Of a stretch of 64,000 nt of DNA, positions 26,662 through 36,389 are shown one piece after another. The notes under the pieces were generated by a model that worked only from the letters and a program-made list of their open reading frames with translations, ran no database searches and was not told the origin of the DNA. The stretch comes from a bacterium (GTDB lineage: Bacteria; Chloroflexota; Dormibacteria; Aeolococcales; Bog-877), in assembly GCA_021816695.1 (NCBI GenBank), contig JAKAXE010000001.1, forward strand, positions 67,344-131,343, in the 5' to 3' direction. The position numbers and the translations under genes were made by a program. Numbering within the stretch: the stretch's first letter is position 1; each line of letters begins with the position of its first letter.

Positions 26662-27574
26662 AGGGGTACCACTGCTCGGGCCAGCGGAGCACGGCGCGCT
26701 CGAAGGCCTCGATCACCGGGCGGAGTGCCCTCTGGGGATCGGCCCCGGGCGCCACGAGCACGGGATCGTGCACCTCGATGAAGTAGCCGCCGGCCGGGCT
26801 GCGCACCGCCACCACGGGGATGAGGGGGCAGCCGGTGTGTTGCGCCAGCCGGTAGGGGAGGTCCGAGATCTTCGTCAGGTGGCCGAGGAACTCCACCTCC
26901 ATGGAGGGGGTGTCACCCGGGATGTCGGCGACCAGCGCCACCACCTCCCCCCGGCGCAACGCCGCCAGGACGGCGCGAGGGGACCGCGATGCCAGCACGG
27001 TGTGCATCCCCATCTCGGAGCGTGCCCACACCACCAGGTCGCGGATGGCGGCCGAGCCCTCGTCCGCCATCACCACCGTGAGTGGCAGGCCGATCGCGGT
27101 GGCGTAGGCCCCACCGGCGTCCCAGGTTCCCAGGTGGAAGAGAACGAGTACCGCTCCCTGTCCGCTGAGCCGGAGGTCCAGAAGCCTCTCCGCCCCGAAC
27201 GCCGTGAAGGTCGACAGGAGGCGGGGGCGCGACAGTCGGTGGACGTAAACGAAGTCCAGCGCGGTTCTGGCGTACTCCCGATAGCTGCGGGCGGCCAGCC
27301 GGCGGGCTCCGCGGCGGTCCAGCCCCGGCAGCACCTTCCGGAAGTTGGCGGCGGTGATGGCTCGCCGTCGGGGCTGGAGGGCGAAGGCAAGGTTGGCCAT
27401 CGCGTCCGCAAGCCGGTACCTGTGGTCCCCCAGGAGGTGCAGGAGACCGGCGGTGACGTTCAGGCCCGCTCGCAGGGAGGCGTGGGGCAAGGGCCGTTCC
27501 GCCTGGGGCACCTCTGGATTGTCGCATCGGGCGACTCTCGGGCTGCGACTCGGGCGCCACGCGCAGCCGCCCAC
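26624..27574 (-). CDS. LPLAT/HtrB-family lipid acyltransferase (PIM acyltransferase-like)
   Basis: Lauroyl/myristoyl acyltransferase family features, with no TM-rich region and about 316 aa. It is in the position of the actinobacterial acyltransferase that precedes pimA. Confidence 0.7.
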   Translation of the reverse strand: MGGCAWRPSRSPRVARCDNPEVPQAERPLPHASLRAGLNVTAGLLHLLGDHRYRLADAMANLAFALQPRRRAITAANFRKVLPGLDRRGARRLAARSYREYARTALDFVYVHRLSRPRLLSTFTAFGAERLLDLRLSGQGAVLVLFHLGTWDAGGAYATAIGLPLTVVMADEGSAAIRDLVVWARSEMGMHTVLASRSPRAVLAALRRGEVVALVADIPGDTPSMEVEFLGHLTKISDLPYRLAQHTGCPLIPVVAVRSPAGGYFIEVHDPVLVAPGADPQRALRPVIEAFERAVLRWPEQWYPFERGRLRDLGPA

Positions 27575-27828
27575 CCACCTCAGCTCCCGACCTTCCCCGA
27601 CCCGACCGCCTTGCTCTCAGCAAGCCTGTACTTCGACCTGAAGCAGGTCAGCCGGCGGCCGCCCGGGCTCTGAGCTCGTCCCCCGGAGGCGGCCCGTTCG
27701 GCGTCTCGGCTCGTCGCTCAAGGGCTGCTGGACGCGGGCGGTGGTGCCGACTGAGCCAGGCGATGCGTGTTTTGCACAGCCGAGATGGTGTAAACTCCAG
27801 CGCCGGTGGGCAGCCCCCGCCAGTGGCC

Positions 27829-30800
27829 ATGGTCCGCGTGCGAAGGCCTGGCAGGGTGCGAGTCCGATGGTCGATGGTGGGCCAGGCAGGGGGTAGAAGA
27901 TTGGCTGACCGCTCTGGGCCGCTACTGGCCGCCCACCAGTTCTTTCGCCAAGGGCAACCGTCGGCCGAAGGTTGGAGCCAGCTGGTGGCGAAGGGGCGGG
28001 AGTGGGAGGCGTTCTATCGCGATCGGTGGCAGCACGACAAGGTGGTGCGTTCCACCCACGGTGTCAACTGCACTGGTTCTTGCTCTTGGAATGTCTACGT
28101 CAAGGATGGCCTGATCACCTGGGAAAACCAGGCAGTTGACTACCCCTCGCTGGGACCCACCATGCCGGAGTACGAGCCGAGGGGATGCCCCCGCGGTGCC
28201 TCCTTTTCCTGGTACACGTACTCGCCCTTGCGGGTCCGCTATCCGTATGTCCGAGGGAGCCTTCTGATGCTATTCCGGGCAGCGAAGGAGCGGCAGCACG
28301 ATCCGGTGGCCGCATGGGCGTCGGTCGTGGAGGATCCGGAGGCGGCCAGCCTCTACAAGTCCCACCGGGGCAAGGGGGGGTTCGTGCGCGCCTCTTGGGA
28401 CGAGGCCGTGGAGATGATCGCAGCGGCGCACGTCTACACGATCAAGACATATGGGCCCGATCGGGTGGCGGGCTTCTCGCCGATCCCAGCTATGTCGCAG
28501 GTCTCGTATGCGGCTGGGACCCGCTTCCTCTCCTTGATCGGGGGTGTGATCCTCAGCTTTTACGACTGGTACGCCGACCTCCCACCTGCTTCACCTCAGG
28601 TCTTCGGGGACCAGACCGATGTCCCGGAATCTGGCGACTGGTGGAACGCCGGGTATCTGATGATCTGGGGCACCAACCTTCCCATCACGCGGACCCCGGA
28701 CGCCCACTTCATGACTGAGGCCCGGTACCGCGGCCAGAAGGTGGTTGTGGTCTCCCCGGATTACTCAGACCACGTCAAGTTCGCTGACCACTGGCTGCCC
28801 GCTCAGCCCGGCACCGATGCGGCGCTTGCTATGGCCATGGGCCACGTGATCGTGAAGGAGTTCTACGTGGATCGCCAGGTCCCCTACTTCCAGGACTACG
28901 CCCGTCGCTTCACCGACCTGCCCCTGCTCGTGACCCTGGACCAGCAGGAGGAGGGGACGGTCCCGGGGCGGTTCTTGCGGGCCTCGGACTTGGAGGGAGG
29001 CGGAGGAGAAGAGCTCCCCGAGTGGAAGCTCGTGGTTCTCGACGAGGCCACCGGGAACCCAGCCGTGCCCCCCGGCTCAGTGGGGCACCGCTACCAGACG
29101 ACCGAAGGCCAGTGGAATCTGGAGTTGGGGGACCTGCGTCCGGCACTCACCGTCCTCGACCGGGCTGCCGAGCGTCTTGAGGTGAGGCTGCCTCGGTTCG
29201 ATCTCGGGGGCGGTGAGGGAGGCTCGGAGCTCATTCGGGGGGTCCCGGCGATCCGGGTCGGGGGCCACCTGGTGACCACGGTCTACGATCTCATGCTGGC
29301 TCAGTACGGTGTTGTCAGACCTGGCCTGCCGGGGAACTGGCCTAGAGGGTACGACGATCCGGAGCCATGCACCCCGGCCTGGCAGGAGGAGATCACCTCA
29401 GTCGGGGCGCAGCTGGCCACCCGCATCGCCCGGGAGTTTGCCCGCAACGCTGAGGTCACCGAAGGCCGCTCCATGATCGCCATGGGGGCCGGGACCAACC
29501 ACTGGTTTCACTCCGATCTCATTTACCGAGCGTTCCTCTCACTGCTGCTCCTCTGCGGTTGTGAGGGACGGAACGGTGGCGGGTGGGCCCACTATGTCGG
29601 GCAGGAGAAGGTGAGGCCCCTGACCGGCTGGCAGACGATGGCCTTCGCTCTGGATTGGGTGCGGCCACCCCGGCACCAGTCCGCCACTCCGTACCTCTAC
29701 CTGGCAACCGACCAGTGGCGCTACGAGGGGTACGGCGCCGAGGAGCTGGCCTCGTCCCTGGGCAAAGGTCTCTTTCGGGGCCGCCAATTCGCGGACTGCT
29801 ACGTCCAGGCGAGTCGACTGGGCTGGCTGCCAGCCTATCCCAGCTTCGATCGCAGTCCTCTGGATGTCGTCGACGACGCTCGGCGGATGGGTCGGGAGCC
29901 CGCGGACCATGTCATCCAGGAACTCACCGATGGGCGCCTGCATTTCGCCGCCGAGGACCCCGACGCGCCCCAGAACTTCCCCCGGGTGCTGACGGTCTGG
30001 CGGGCCAACCTGCTCGGGTCGTCGGGAAAGGGGCACGAATACTTCCTGAAACACCTGCTGGGCACCAGCGACCCCGCCGTGCGGGCCGAGGAGAGTCCGC
30101 CAGAGCTGCGACCCCAGGAAGTCCGCTGGCATGATGCACCGCCGCGAGGCAAGCTGGACCTGCTCACGACCATCGACTTCCGGATGACCTCGAACTGCCT
30201 CTTCTCGGACGTGGTGCTCCCGGCCGCCACCTGGTACGAGAAGTACGACATCTCGTCGACCGACATGCACCCCTTCGTGCACAGCTTCAACCAGGCGATC
30301 CCCCCTCCCTGGGAGGCCAAGACCGACTGGGACGCGTTCAACCGCATCGCTGCCGCCTTCTCGGAACTGGCAGAACGCCACCTCGGAGTCCGCGAGGACC
30401 TGGTCTGTGCACCGCTGCTTCACGACACCCCAGACGAGATCTCGCAGCCGCTCGGGCAGGTGCTGGACTGGGCCCGCGGGGACTGTTCGCCGGTCCCCGG
30501 GCGCACCATGCCCAAGCTGCTGGTCGTGGAGCGCGACTACCCCGCCGTGGCCGAGAAGATGAAGGCCATCGGGCCGCTGCTGGAGGAGCTGGGCAGCCAG
30601 ACCAAGGGGGCGCATTGGAAGCCGGCGCTCGAGATTGAGGAATTACGGGCCAGCAACGGCACGGTGCAGGGCGGGGTGGCCGACGGACGGCCCCGGCTTG
30701 AGCGAGCCGAGCATGTTGCCGACGCCATCCTGGCGCTCTCCGGGACCTGCAATGGCCGCCTCGCGGTCGAGGGCTTCCGCTCCCTGGAGGGACGCTGCGG

Positions 30801-31566
30801 GGTGCCGCTCGCCGATCTAGCCGCATCGCGCGAGGCGGACCGAATCACCTTCAAGGACACCCAGGTCCAGCCCCGCACGGTGATCACCTCGCCGGAGTGG
30901 TCGGGGAGCGAGGCTCACGATCGGCGCTACGCGCCTTTCACCATCAACGTCGAGAGGGCCAAGCCCTGGCATACCCTGAGCGGTCGGCAGCACTTCTACC
31001 TCGATCACGAGTGGATGCTGGAACTAGGGGAAGGTCTGGCGGTCTTCAAACCACCGCTCAACTACCGCCTCCACTTCGGCGACCAGCAGATCGGGCAGGC
31101 CGGGAGGCTGGAGGTGACGGTGCGCTACCTGACGCCGCACTCCAAGTGGTCGATTCACTCCGAGTACCAGGACAACCTCTTCATGCTGACCCTCTTCCGG
31201 GGCGGCCCGGTGATCTGGATAAGCGAGGACGACGCCGCGGCCATCGACGTGCGTGACAACGACTGGATCGAGGCCTACAACCGCAACGGGGTGATCACCT
31301 GCCGGGCGGCGGTGACCCACCGTCTGCCCCGAGGGGTGTGCCTCATGTACCACGCCAAGGACCGTCATGTGAACGTGCCCCTCAGCGAGCTGCACGGCAA
31401 CCGGGGTGGGGTCGACAACTCCCTGACCAGGGTCGTCTGGAAGCCAACTCACCTCATCGGCGGGTACGCCCAGCTCTCCTTCGGATTCAACTACTTCGGC
31501 CCCACCGGCTCGCAGCGCGATGAGATCACCGTGCTCAGCAAGCGTCAGTCGGAGGTGGTGTACTGA
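27829..31566 (+). CDS. narG: Respiratory nitrate reductase alpha subunit
   Basis: N-terminal FS0 region RWQHDKVVRSTHGVNCTGSCSW and molybdopterin oxidoreductase length. Start is either ATG 27829 or ATG 27874; the track starts at 27763. Confidence 0.95.
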   Translation: MVRVRRPGRVRVRWSMVGQAGGRRLADRSGPLLAAHQFFRQGQPSAEGWSQLVAKGREWEAFYRDRWQHDKVVRSTHGVNCTGSCSWNVYVKDGLITWENQAVDYPSLGPTMPEYEPRGCPRGASFSWYTYSPLRVRYPYVRGSLLMLFRAAKERQHDPVAAWASVVEDPEAASLYKSHRGKGGFVRASWDEAVEMIAAAHVYTIKTYGPDRVAGFSPIPAMSQVSYAAGTRFLSLIGGVILSFYDWYADLPPASPQVFGDQTDVPESGDWWNAGYLMIWGTNLPITRTPDAHFMTEARYRGQKVVVVSPDYSDHVKFADHWLPAQPGTDAALAMAMGHVIVKEFYVDRQVPYFQDYARRFTDLPLLVTLDQQEEGTVPGRFLRASDLEGGGGEELPEWKLVVLDEATGNPAVPPGSVGHRYQTTEGQWNLELGDLRPALTVLDRAAERLEVRLPRFDLGGGEGGSELIRGVPAIRVGGHLVTTVYDLMLAQYGVVRPGLPGNWPRGYDDPEPCTPAWQEEITSVGAQLATRIAREFARNAEVTEGRSMIAMGAGTNHWFHSDLIYRAFLSLLLLCGCEGRNGGGWAHYVGQEKVRPLTGWQTMAFALDWVRPPRHQSATPYLYLATDQWRYEGYGAEELASSLGKGLFRGRQFADCYVQASRLGWLPAYPSFDRSPLDVVDDARRMGREPADHVIQELTDGRLHFAAEDPDAPQNFPRVLTVWRANLLGSSGKGHEYFLKHLLGTSDPAVRAEESPPELRPQEVRWHDAPPRGKLDLLTTIDFRMTSNCLFSDVVLPAATWYEKYDISSTDMHPFVHSFNQAIPPPWEAKTDWDAFNRIAAAFSELAERHLGVREDLVCAPLLHDTPDEISQPLGQVLDWARGDCSPVPGRTMPKLLVVERDYPAVAEKMKAIGPLLEELGSQTKGAHWKPALEIEELRASNGTVQGGVADGRPRLERAEHVADAILALSGTCNGRLAVEGFRSLEGRCGVPLADLAASREADRITFKDTQVQPRTVITSPEWSGSEAHDRRYAPFTINVERAKPWHTLSGRQHFYLDHEWMLELGEGLAVFKPPLNYRLHFGDQQIGQAGRLEVTVRYLTPHSKWSIHSEYQDNLFMLTLFRGGPVIWISEDDAAAIDVRDNDWIEAYNRNGVITCRAAVTHRLPRGVCLMYHAKDRHVNVPLSELHGNRGGVDNSLTRVVWKPTHLIGGYAQLSFGFNYFGPTGSQRDEITVLSKRQSEVVY

Positions 31567-33149
31567 TGAAGGTCCGCGCCCAGGTCGGGATGGTGATGAA
31601 CCTGGACAAGTGCATCGGGTGTCACACTTGCAGTGTCACCTGCAAGCAGGTGTGGACCAACCGGCCCGGGACCGAGTACGTCTGGTTCAACAACGTGGAG
31701 ACCAAGCCTGGCCTCGGCTTTCCACGCCGTTGGGAGGACAACCAGACGTGGCAGGGAGGCTGGAAGCTCGACCGCCGGGGCCGGCTGCGGCTTCGGGCCG
31801 GCGGGCAGCTGCGCAAGCTGCTAACGATCTTCTGGAACCCCGACCTCCCCACCATCGACGACTACTACGAGCCCTGGACCTACGACTACCACACCCTGAT
31901 CGACGCTCCTCTCTCCGAGCGTGACCCGGTGGCTAGGCCGCAATCGCAACTCACGGGCCGGCGGATGGATGTCAAGTGGGGCCCCAACTGGGACGACATG
32001 CTGGCGGGTGCTCCCGAGACGGCCTCCCGAGACCCTGATCTGGCCGGTCTGCAGGAGCAGGTCAAGCTGACCTACGAGCGTACGTTCATGTTCTACCTGC
32101 CCCGGATCTGTGAGCACTGCCTCAACCCCTCGTGCGTCGCCTCCTGTCCCTCGGGGGCCATGTACAAGCGCGAGGAGGACGGCATAGTCCTGGTCGACCA
32201 GGAGAAGTGCCGGGGCTGGCGCTTCTGCGTGTCCGGCTGTCCCTACAAGAAGGTCTACTTCAACCACCACACCGGCAAGGCGGAGAAGTGCACCCTCTGC
32301 TACCCCCGGATCGAGCTCGGGCTGCCCACCGTGTGCTCCGAGACCTGCGTCGGCCGGATCCGCTACCTGGGCCTCGTTTTGTACGACGCCGACCGGGTCA
32401 GAGAGGCGGCCTCAGTGCCGGACGAGAAGCGCCTCCTGGACGCGCAGCTGAAGGTATTCCTCGACCCCGCGGACCCGGCGGTGCAGCGGCAGGCGCGGGC
32501 CGACGGCATCCCCGACGACTGGATCGAATACGCCCAGCGCTCCCCGGTGTACGCCTTGGCGCACCGCTGGCGGGTTGCCCTCCCACTGCACCCCGAGTAC
32601 CGCACCTTGCCCATGGTCTGGTACGTTCCCCCGCTTTCTCCGGTCGTGAACGCCATGGAGGCGGACGGCTACGAGGCTGACCCCGACCAGCTGTTCCCGG
32701 CCATCGACGCCATGCGCATCCCCCTGGACTACCTGGCCAACATCCTGGCCGCCGGCGACCGGGAGGTGGTCCGGCTGGCTTTGCGCCGCCTCGCGGGCAT
32801 GCGCAGCTACATGCGCAAGCTGGAGGTCCTGGGAGTTCGCGACCACCAGGCCGCAACGGCAGCTTCCCTGGAGCCTTCTGAGATCGAGGCGATGTACCGC
32901 TTGCTGGCGGTCGCCAAGTACGAGGACCGCTACGTCGTACCCCAGGCCCACAGTGAGCAGGCACAGCGGCTGGCCGAGTTGCCGGGGAGCTGCGGACTGG
33001 ACTTTGATGGCGGTCCAGGCAACTGTGGGGCGCTGCCACGACCCGCTCAGGGCCTCAACGAGACCTTCATGGTCCAAGACCGGAAGGTCGGAGGTCACCG
33101 GTTCGTGCCGCTGCCTGTGGTGAACCCGGGGCCTGGGCACGGCGAGTGA
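31566..33149 (+). CDS. narH: Respiratory nitrate reductase beta subunit (Fe-S)
   Basis: CIGCHTCSVTCK plus further Cys clusters (CEHCLNPSCVASCP, CRGWRFCVSGCP). TGATG overlap with narG. Confidence 0.95.
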   Translation: MKVRAQVGMVMNLDKCIGCHTCSVTCKQVWTNRPGTEYVWFNNVETKPGLGFPRRWEDNQTWQGGWKLDRRGRLRLRAGGQLRKLLTIFWNPDLPTIDDYYEPWTYDYHTLIDAPLSERDPVARPQSQLTGRRMDVKWGPNWDDMLAGAPETASRDPDLAGLQEQVKLTYERTFMFYLPRICEHCLNPSCVASCPSGAMYKREEDGIVLVDQEKCRGWRFCVSGCPYKKVYFNHHTGKAEKCTLCYPRIELGLPTVCSETCVGRIRYLGLVLYDADRVREAASVPDEKRLLDAQLKVFLDPADPAVQRQARADGIPDDWIEYAQRSPVYALAHRWRVALPLHPEYRTLPMVWYVPPLSPVVNAMEADGYEADPDQLFPAIDAMRIPLDYLANILAAGDREVVRLALRRLAGMRSYMRKLEVLGVRDHQAATAASLEPSEIEAMYRLLAVAKYEDRYVVPQAHSEQAQRLAELPGSCGLDFDGGPGNCGALPRPAQGLNETFMVQDRKVGGHRFVPLPVVNPGPGHGE

Positions 33150-33781
33150 TGCCGGGTTTCGGGCACAGGGCCCCCTACAAGCTGCTCTCGGTCCTCCTCC
33201 AGTATCCCGGAGATGAGGTAGAGCAGGCTCATCCCGAGCTGGTGGCGGCATTCGGGCGATGTGCGCCCGGTGTGCAGCGGGAGATCTCCAACTTCTTTCG
33301 CTACTGGGAGGTTACCCCCTGGCCGCGGGTGCGCGAGGAGTACGTCGAGACCTTCGACCTCCAGCGACGGTGCAGCCTCTTTCTCACCTTCTTCACCCAT
33401 GGCGACACCCGCAGGCGGGGTCAGGAGCTGCTCCGGCTCAAGTGGCTGTACCGGGCCGCCGGGCTCGAGCTGGAGGGCTCAGAGCTGCCGGACTACCTTC
33501 CGGTAATGCTGGAGTTCGCCGCCCTGGCGCCTGACGCCGCTGGCCGGGAGCTGTTGCAGGAGCACCGCCCCGGGCTGGAGCTGCTGTGGCTGCGATTGAA
33601 CGAGCTGGAGAGCCCCTACGCGTGCCTGGTCCAGCTAATCCGCCGGAGTCTACGACCACTTGCCGCGTCCCAGTTGGAGGTGGTGCGCAGGCTGGTCCAG
33701 GAAGGCCCGCCCGCCGAGGCGGTCGGCCTGCAGCCGTTCGCCCCACCGGAGGTGATGCCGTGGTCGGAGGTGCACCGGTGA
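33146..33781 (+). CDS. narJ: Nitrate reductase molybdenum-cofactor assembly chaperone
   Basis: NarJ/TorD-like ~210-aa protein between narH and narI. GTGA overlap with the narH stop. Confidence 0.85.
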   Translation: MMPGFGHRAPYKLLSVLLQYPGDEVEQAHPELVAAFGRCAPGVQREISNFFRYWEVTPWPRVREEYVETFDLQRRCSLFLTFFTHGDTRRRGQELLRLKWLYRAAGLELEGSELPDYLPVMLEFAALAPDAAGRELLQEHRPGLELLWLRLNELESPYACLVQLIRRSLRPLAASQLEVVRRLVQEGPPAEAVGLQPFAPPEVMPWSEVHR

Positions 33782-34473
33782 CCGTGGAGGAGGCGCTGCT
33801 GTTCGTGGCCCTGCCCTATTCCTCCATCACCCTCTTTGTGGCCGGGCACATCTGGCGCTATCGGCACGACAAGTTCGGGTGGACCAGCCGCTCCACCCAG
33901 CTACTGGAGCGGCGCTGGCTGGCCTGGGGCAGCAACCTCTTCCACTACGGGGCCCTGGCCGCCATCGGGGGCCACGTAGTCGGGCTCCTGATCCCCGAGC
34001 AACTGACCCATGCTGTGGGCATAAGCGAAGGCGCCTACCACCTGTTCGCGGCCGCTGCCGGCACCGTCGCCGGCCTCGCCTGCATCGCCGGGTTCGTCAT
34101 CCTGGTGGGGCGGCGCGCCTACTTCCCGCGGATCCGGCGCACGACCACCTGGACGGATGTCGTGGTCTACCTGGTGCTGGCGGGCATCATCGTCCTCGGG
34201 CTGATCGAGACCATCGGCTTCAACACCCTGGGCACCGGTTACAACTACCGCCCCACCGTCGGGGTGTGGTTCCGCAGCCTGCTGTGGCTGCACCCCGAGC
34301 CCCAGCTCATCGCGGGGGCTCCGCTGGTGTATCAGCTCCATGCCACCCTGCCGTGGATCCTCTACGCGGTCTGGCCCTTTAGCCGCCTGGTTCACGCCTG
34401 GAGCCTGCCCTGGCAGTACCTGGGCCGACCCTACATCCTTTATCGCCGTCGCTACGGCCTGGCCCGGCGCTGA
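33778..34473 (+). CDS. narI: Respiratory nitrate reductase gamma subunit (cytochrome b)
   Basis: GTG at 33778 overlaps the narJ stop (GTGA). Five TM helices with the conserved His-containing helices (ITLFVAGHIWRY, HYGALAAIGGHVVG). Confidence 0.85.
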   Translation: MTVEEALLFVALPYSSITLFVAGHIWRYRHDKFGWTSRSTQLLERRWLAWGSNLFHYGALAAIGGHVVGLLIPEQLTHAVGISEGAYHLFAAAAGTVAGLACIAGFVILVGRRAYFPRIRRTTTWTDVVVYLVLAGIIVLGLIETIGFNTLGTGYNYRPTVGVWFRSLLWLHPEPQLIAGAPLVYQLHATLPWILYAVWPFSRLVHAWSLPWQYLGRPYILYRRRYGLARR

Positions 34474-34512
34474 TGGTAGGCGGGGGTGGCGCAAGCAGAC
34501 TGAGAGCGGAGC

Positions 34513-34977
34513 GTGGTTGAGCTTCGCTTCCGCGGCCGCCTGGAACTGGATTTCGACAGGGTGCGAGCCGTCCTCCAGGGTCCGGCCGAACGCTGGCTGC
34601 CCGGGCGCCGGCAGGCCGATGGGACCTTCCTGGTGAGGCTCCGCGCCGGCGAGCCTCCCCTTGGGCTGAAGCGGGAGGCACGGGTCTCCGTCGCTTCCGC
34701 GCAGCCCTTCGGTTGGGGGCTTGTCGTCCCGCTGGAGTGGCGGGCGGCGGTGCATCCCAGCCTCTACCCCGTACTCCTCGGGTATCTCAGAGTAGAGCCT
34801 GTCCCGGAGGGGGGTACCCGTCTGCGCTTTGACGCGCGCTACACTCCTCCGGGGGGCGGGGTCGGGAACGCCGCCGACCGCGCTTTATTGCACCGGCTGG
34901 CCCGGACGACGGTGGAGAGGTTCTTCGCGGAGGTCACATCAGGGTTGCGGGATGCGGCCAGCGGCGGGGTTGCCTAG
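34513..34977 (+). CDS. Hypothetical protein (possibly SRPBCC-like)
   Basis: 154-aa ORF of ordinary composition. No decisive motif. Confidence 0.3.
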   Translation: MVELRFRGRLELDFDRVRAVLQGPAERWLPGRRQADGTFLVRLRAGEPPLGLKREARVSVASAQPFGWGLVVPLEWRAAVHPSLYPVLLGYLRVEPVPEGGTRLRFDARYTPPGGGVGNAADRALLHRLARTTVERFFAEVTSGLRDAASGGVA

Positions 34978-35001
34978 CTGTCTTCGCTGAGCCGGGCTGG
35001 G

Positions 35002-35961
35002 TTGAGTCCGGGCCTGGCGTCGATGGTCAAGGGGCTAGTACCCCCCGCCTCTGGTGCCGTGGTGATGGGGACCGGGATCGTTGCCATCGGGCTGGGGCTC
35101 GACCACCAGCCGCTCTTCTCGCGTCTAGTCTTGGCCCTGGCAGGAGCCGTCTGGGGCCTCCTCGGTGGAGTCCTCATTGCGAGGCTGCTCACAGGTCGTG
35201 AGGGGTTGGAGGTGGAGGCGCGCTCCCCGGCCGCCCTCACGGGAGTCGCCGGCAGCGCGGTCCTCGGGACCGCTCTTACGCTCATCGGCTGGGTCTGGGC
35301 GGGCGGGGCTCTTCTAGCCGTCAGCACCGGCCTATGGCTGATTCTCGTCGGACCGGTAGCAGGGCACTGGACCGTACCCACGGTGGGAGTCTCCTTCATG
35401 ATCACCGTGGCGACCGAAGCGCTCGCGGTGCTGGCGGCCACCCTGGCGGCAGCTACCGGGTCAGCTTGGTTGGCGGTGGCCGCCGCTGTTCCCTGGCTCC
35501 TGGGCCTTCTCGCCTACGTCCTGGTCCTCTCTCGCTTCGACCTCTGCCAGCTGGCCACGGGGCGGGGGGACCACTGGGTTTCCGGCGGGGCCCTGGCCAT
35601 AAGCGCCCTGGCGTCTGGGCGGTTGACTCTGGCGGCCTCCGCCCTGGGCTGGCCCCATCAGCTGGTACGGGACCTGGCGCTGGTGGCTTTCGGGGTCTGG
35701 GTCGCCGCTGTGGCCTGGCTGCCGGCACTGCTTCTGGCGGAGGCACTCCGTCCCCGGCTGGGCTACGACCTGCGCCGGTGGGCGACCGTTTTCCCGGTGG
35801 GGATGTACGCCGCCTGCAGCTTCGTCGTGGGCCGCGCCGCCCGCATGACGGCGCTGGAGATGTTCGCCGCGGTGTGGGTGTGGGCAGGGGTCCTGGTCTG
35901 GGTGCTGGTACTGGTTCCGACCCTGCGGCGCACTGCAAGTTCGGTTCGGGCCCTGCTCTGA
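35002..35961 (+). CDS. TDT-family (TehA/Mae1/SLAC1-like) anion transporter
   Basis: About 10 TM helices, 319 aa. Pattern typical of tellurite-resistance/dicarboxylate transporter family proteins. Located immediately after narI. Confidence 0.65.
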   Translation: MSPGLASMVKGLVPPASGAVVMGTGIVAIGLGLDHQPLFSRLVLALAGAVWGLLGGVLIARLLTGREGLEVEARSPAALTGVAGSAVLGTALTLIGWVWAGGALLAVSTGLWLILVGPVAGHWTVPTVGVSFMITVATEALAVLAATLAAATGSAWLAVAAAVPWLLGLLAYVLVLSRFDLCQLATGRGDHWVSGGALAISALASGRLTLAASALGWPHQLVRDLALVAFGVWVAAVAWLPALLLAEALRPRLGYDLRRWATVFPVGMYAACSFVVGRAARMTALEMFAAVWVWAGVLVWVLVLVPTLRRTASSVRALL

Positions 35962-35990
35962 CCGTCCCCGCTCGGCTCACGAACCTTCGG

Positions 35991-36293
35991 TCAGGTGCTG
36001 GGAGTTGCGGAGGGATCGATCAGACAGGAGCACAGGCCGAACTCCCAGAGGGAAGAACACACCGATATCCGCCGGAGGAACTCTCGCCAGTCTCCCTCCT
36101 CAAGAGCCACCCGGCAGGCCTCCTCGCCCAGCCTCAAGCCGCGCCACACGAGGTCGCCCAAGCAGCCCGTCGGTAGCCGCTCGGCATCTCTCCGCATCTG
36201 TGCCACAAGCTGCCGTCGCTCCGGGTCGACCGCCACCGACTCGAGATCGCCCAGCCGAAGGGAGAGTTCCCCAGACAGATACTGCCTGGTCAC
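35991..36293 (-). CDS. Hypothetical small protein (100 aa)
   Basis: ORF with ordinary composition. No motif. Could be non-coding. Confidence 0.2.
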   Translation of the reverse strand: MTRQYLSGELSLRLGDLESVAVDPERRQLVAQMRRDAERLPTGCLGDLVWRGLRLGEEACRVALEEGDWREFLRRISVCSSLWEFGLCSCLIDPSATPST

Positions 36294-36389
36294 TTCCGCC
36301 CATCTCCAGCGGTACCGCGCGCCATCACCGTGCCGCCCGCCCCGGTCCGGCAGGGCTGGTGCTGCCCTCCGAGGAGGGCAGCACCCCGC

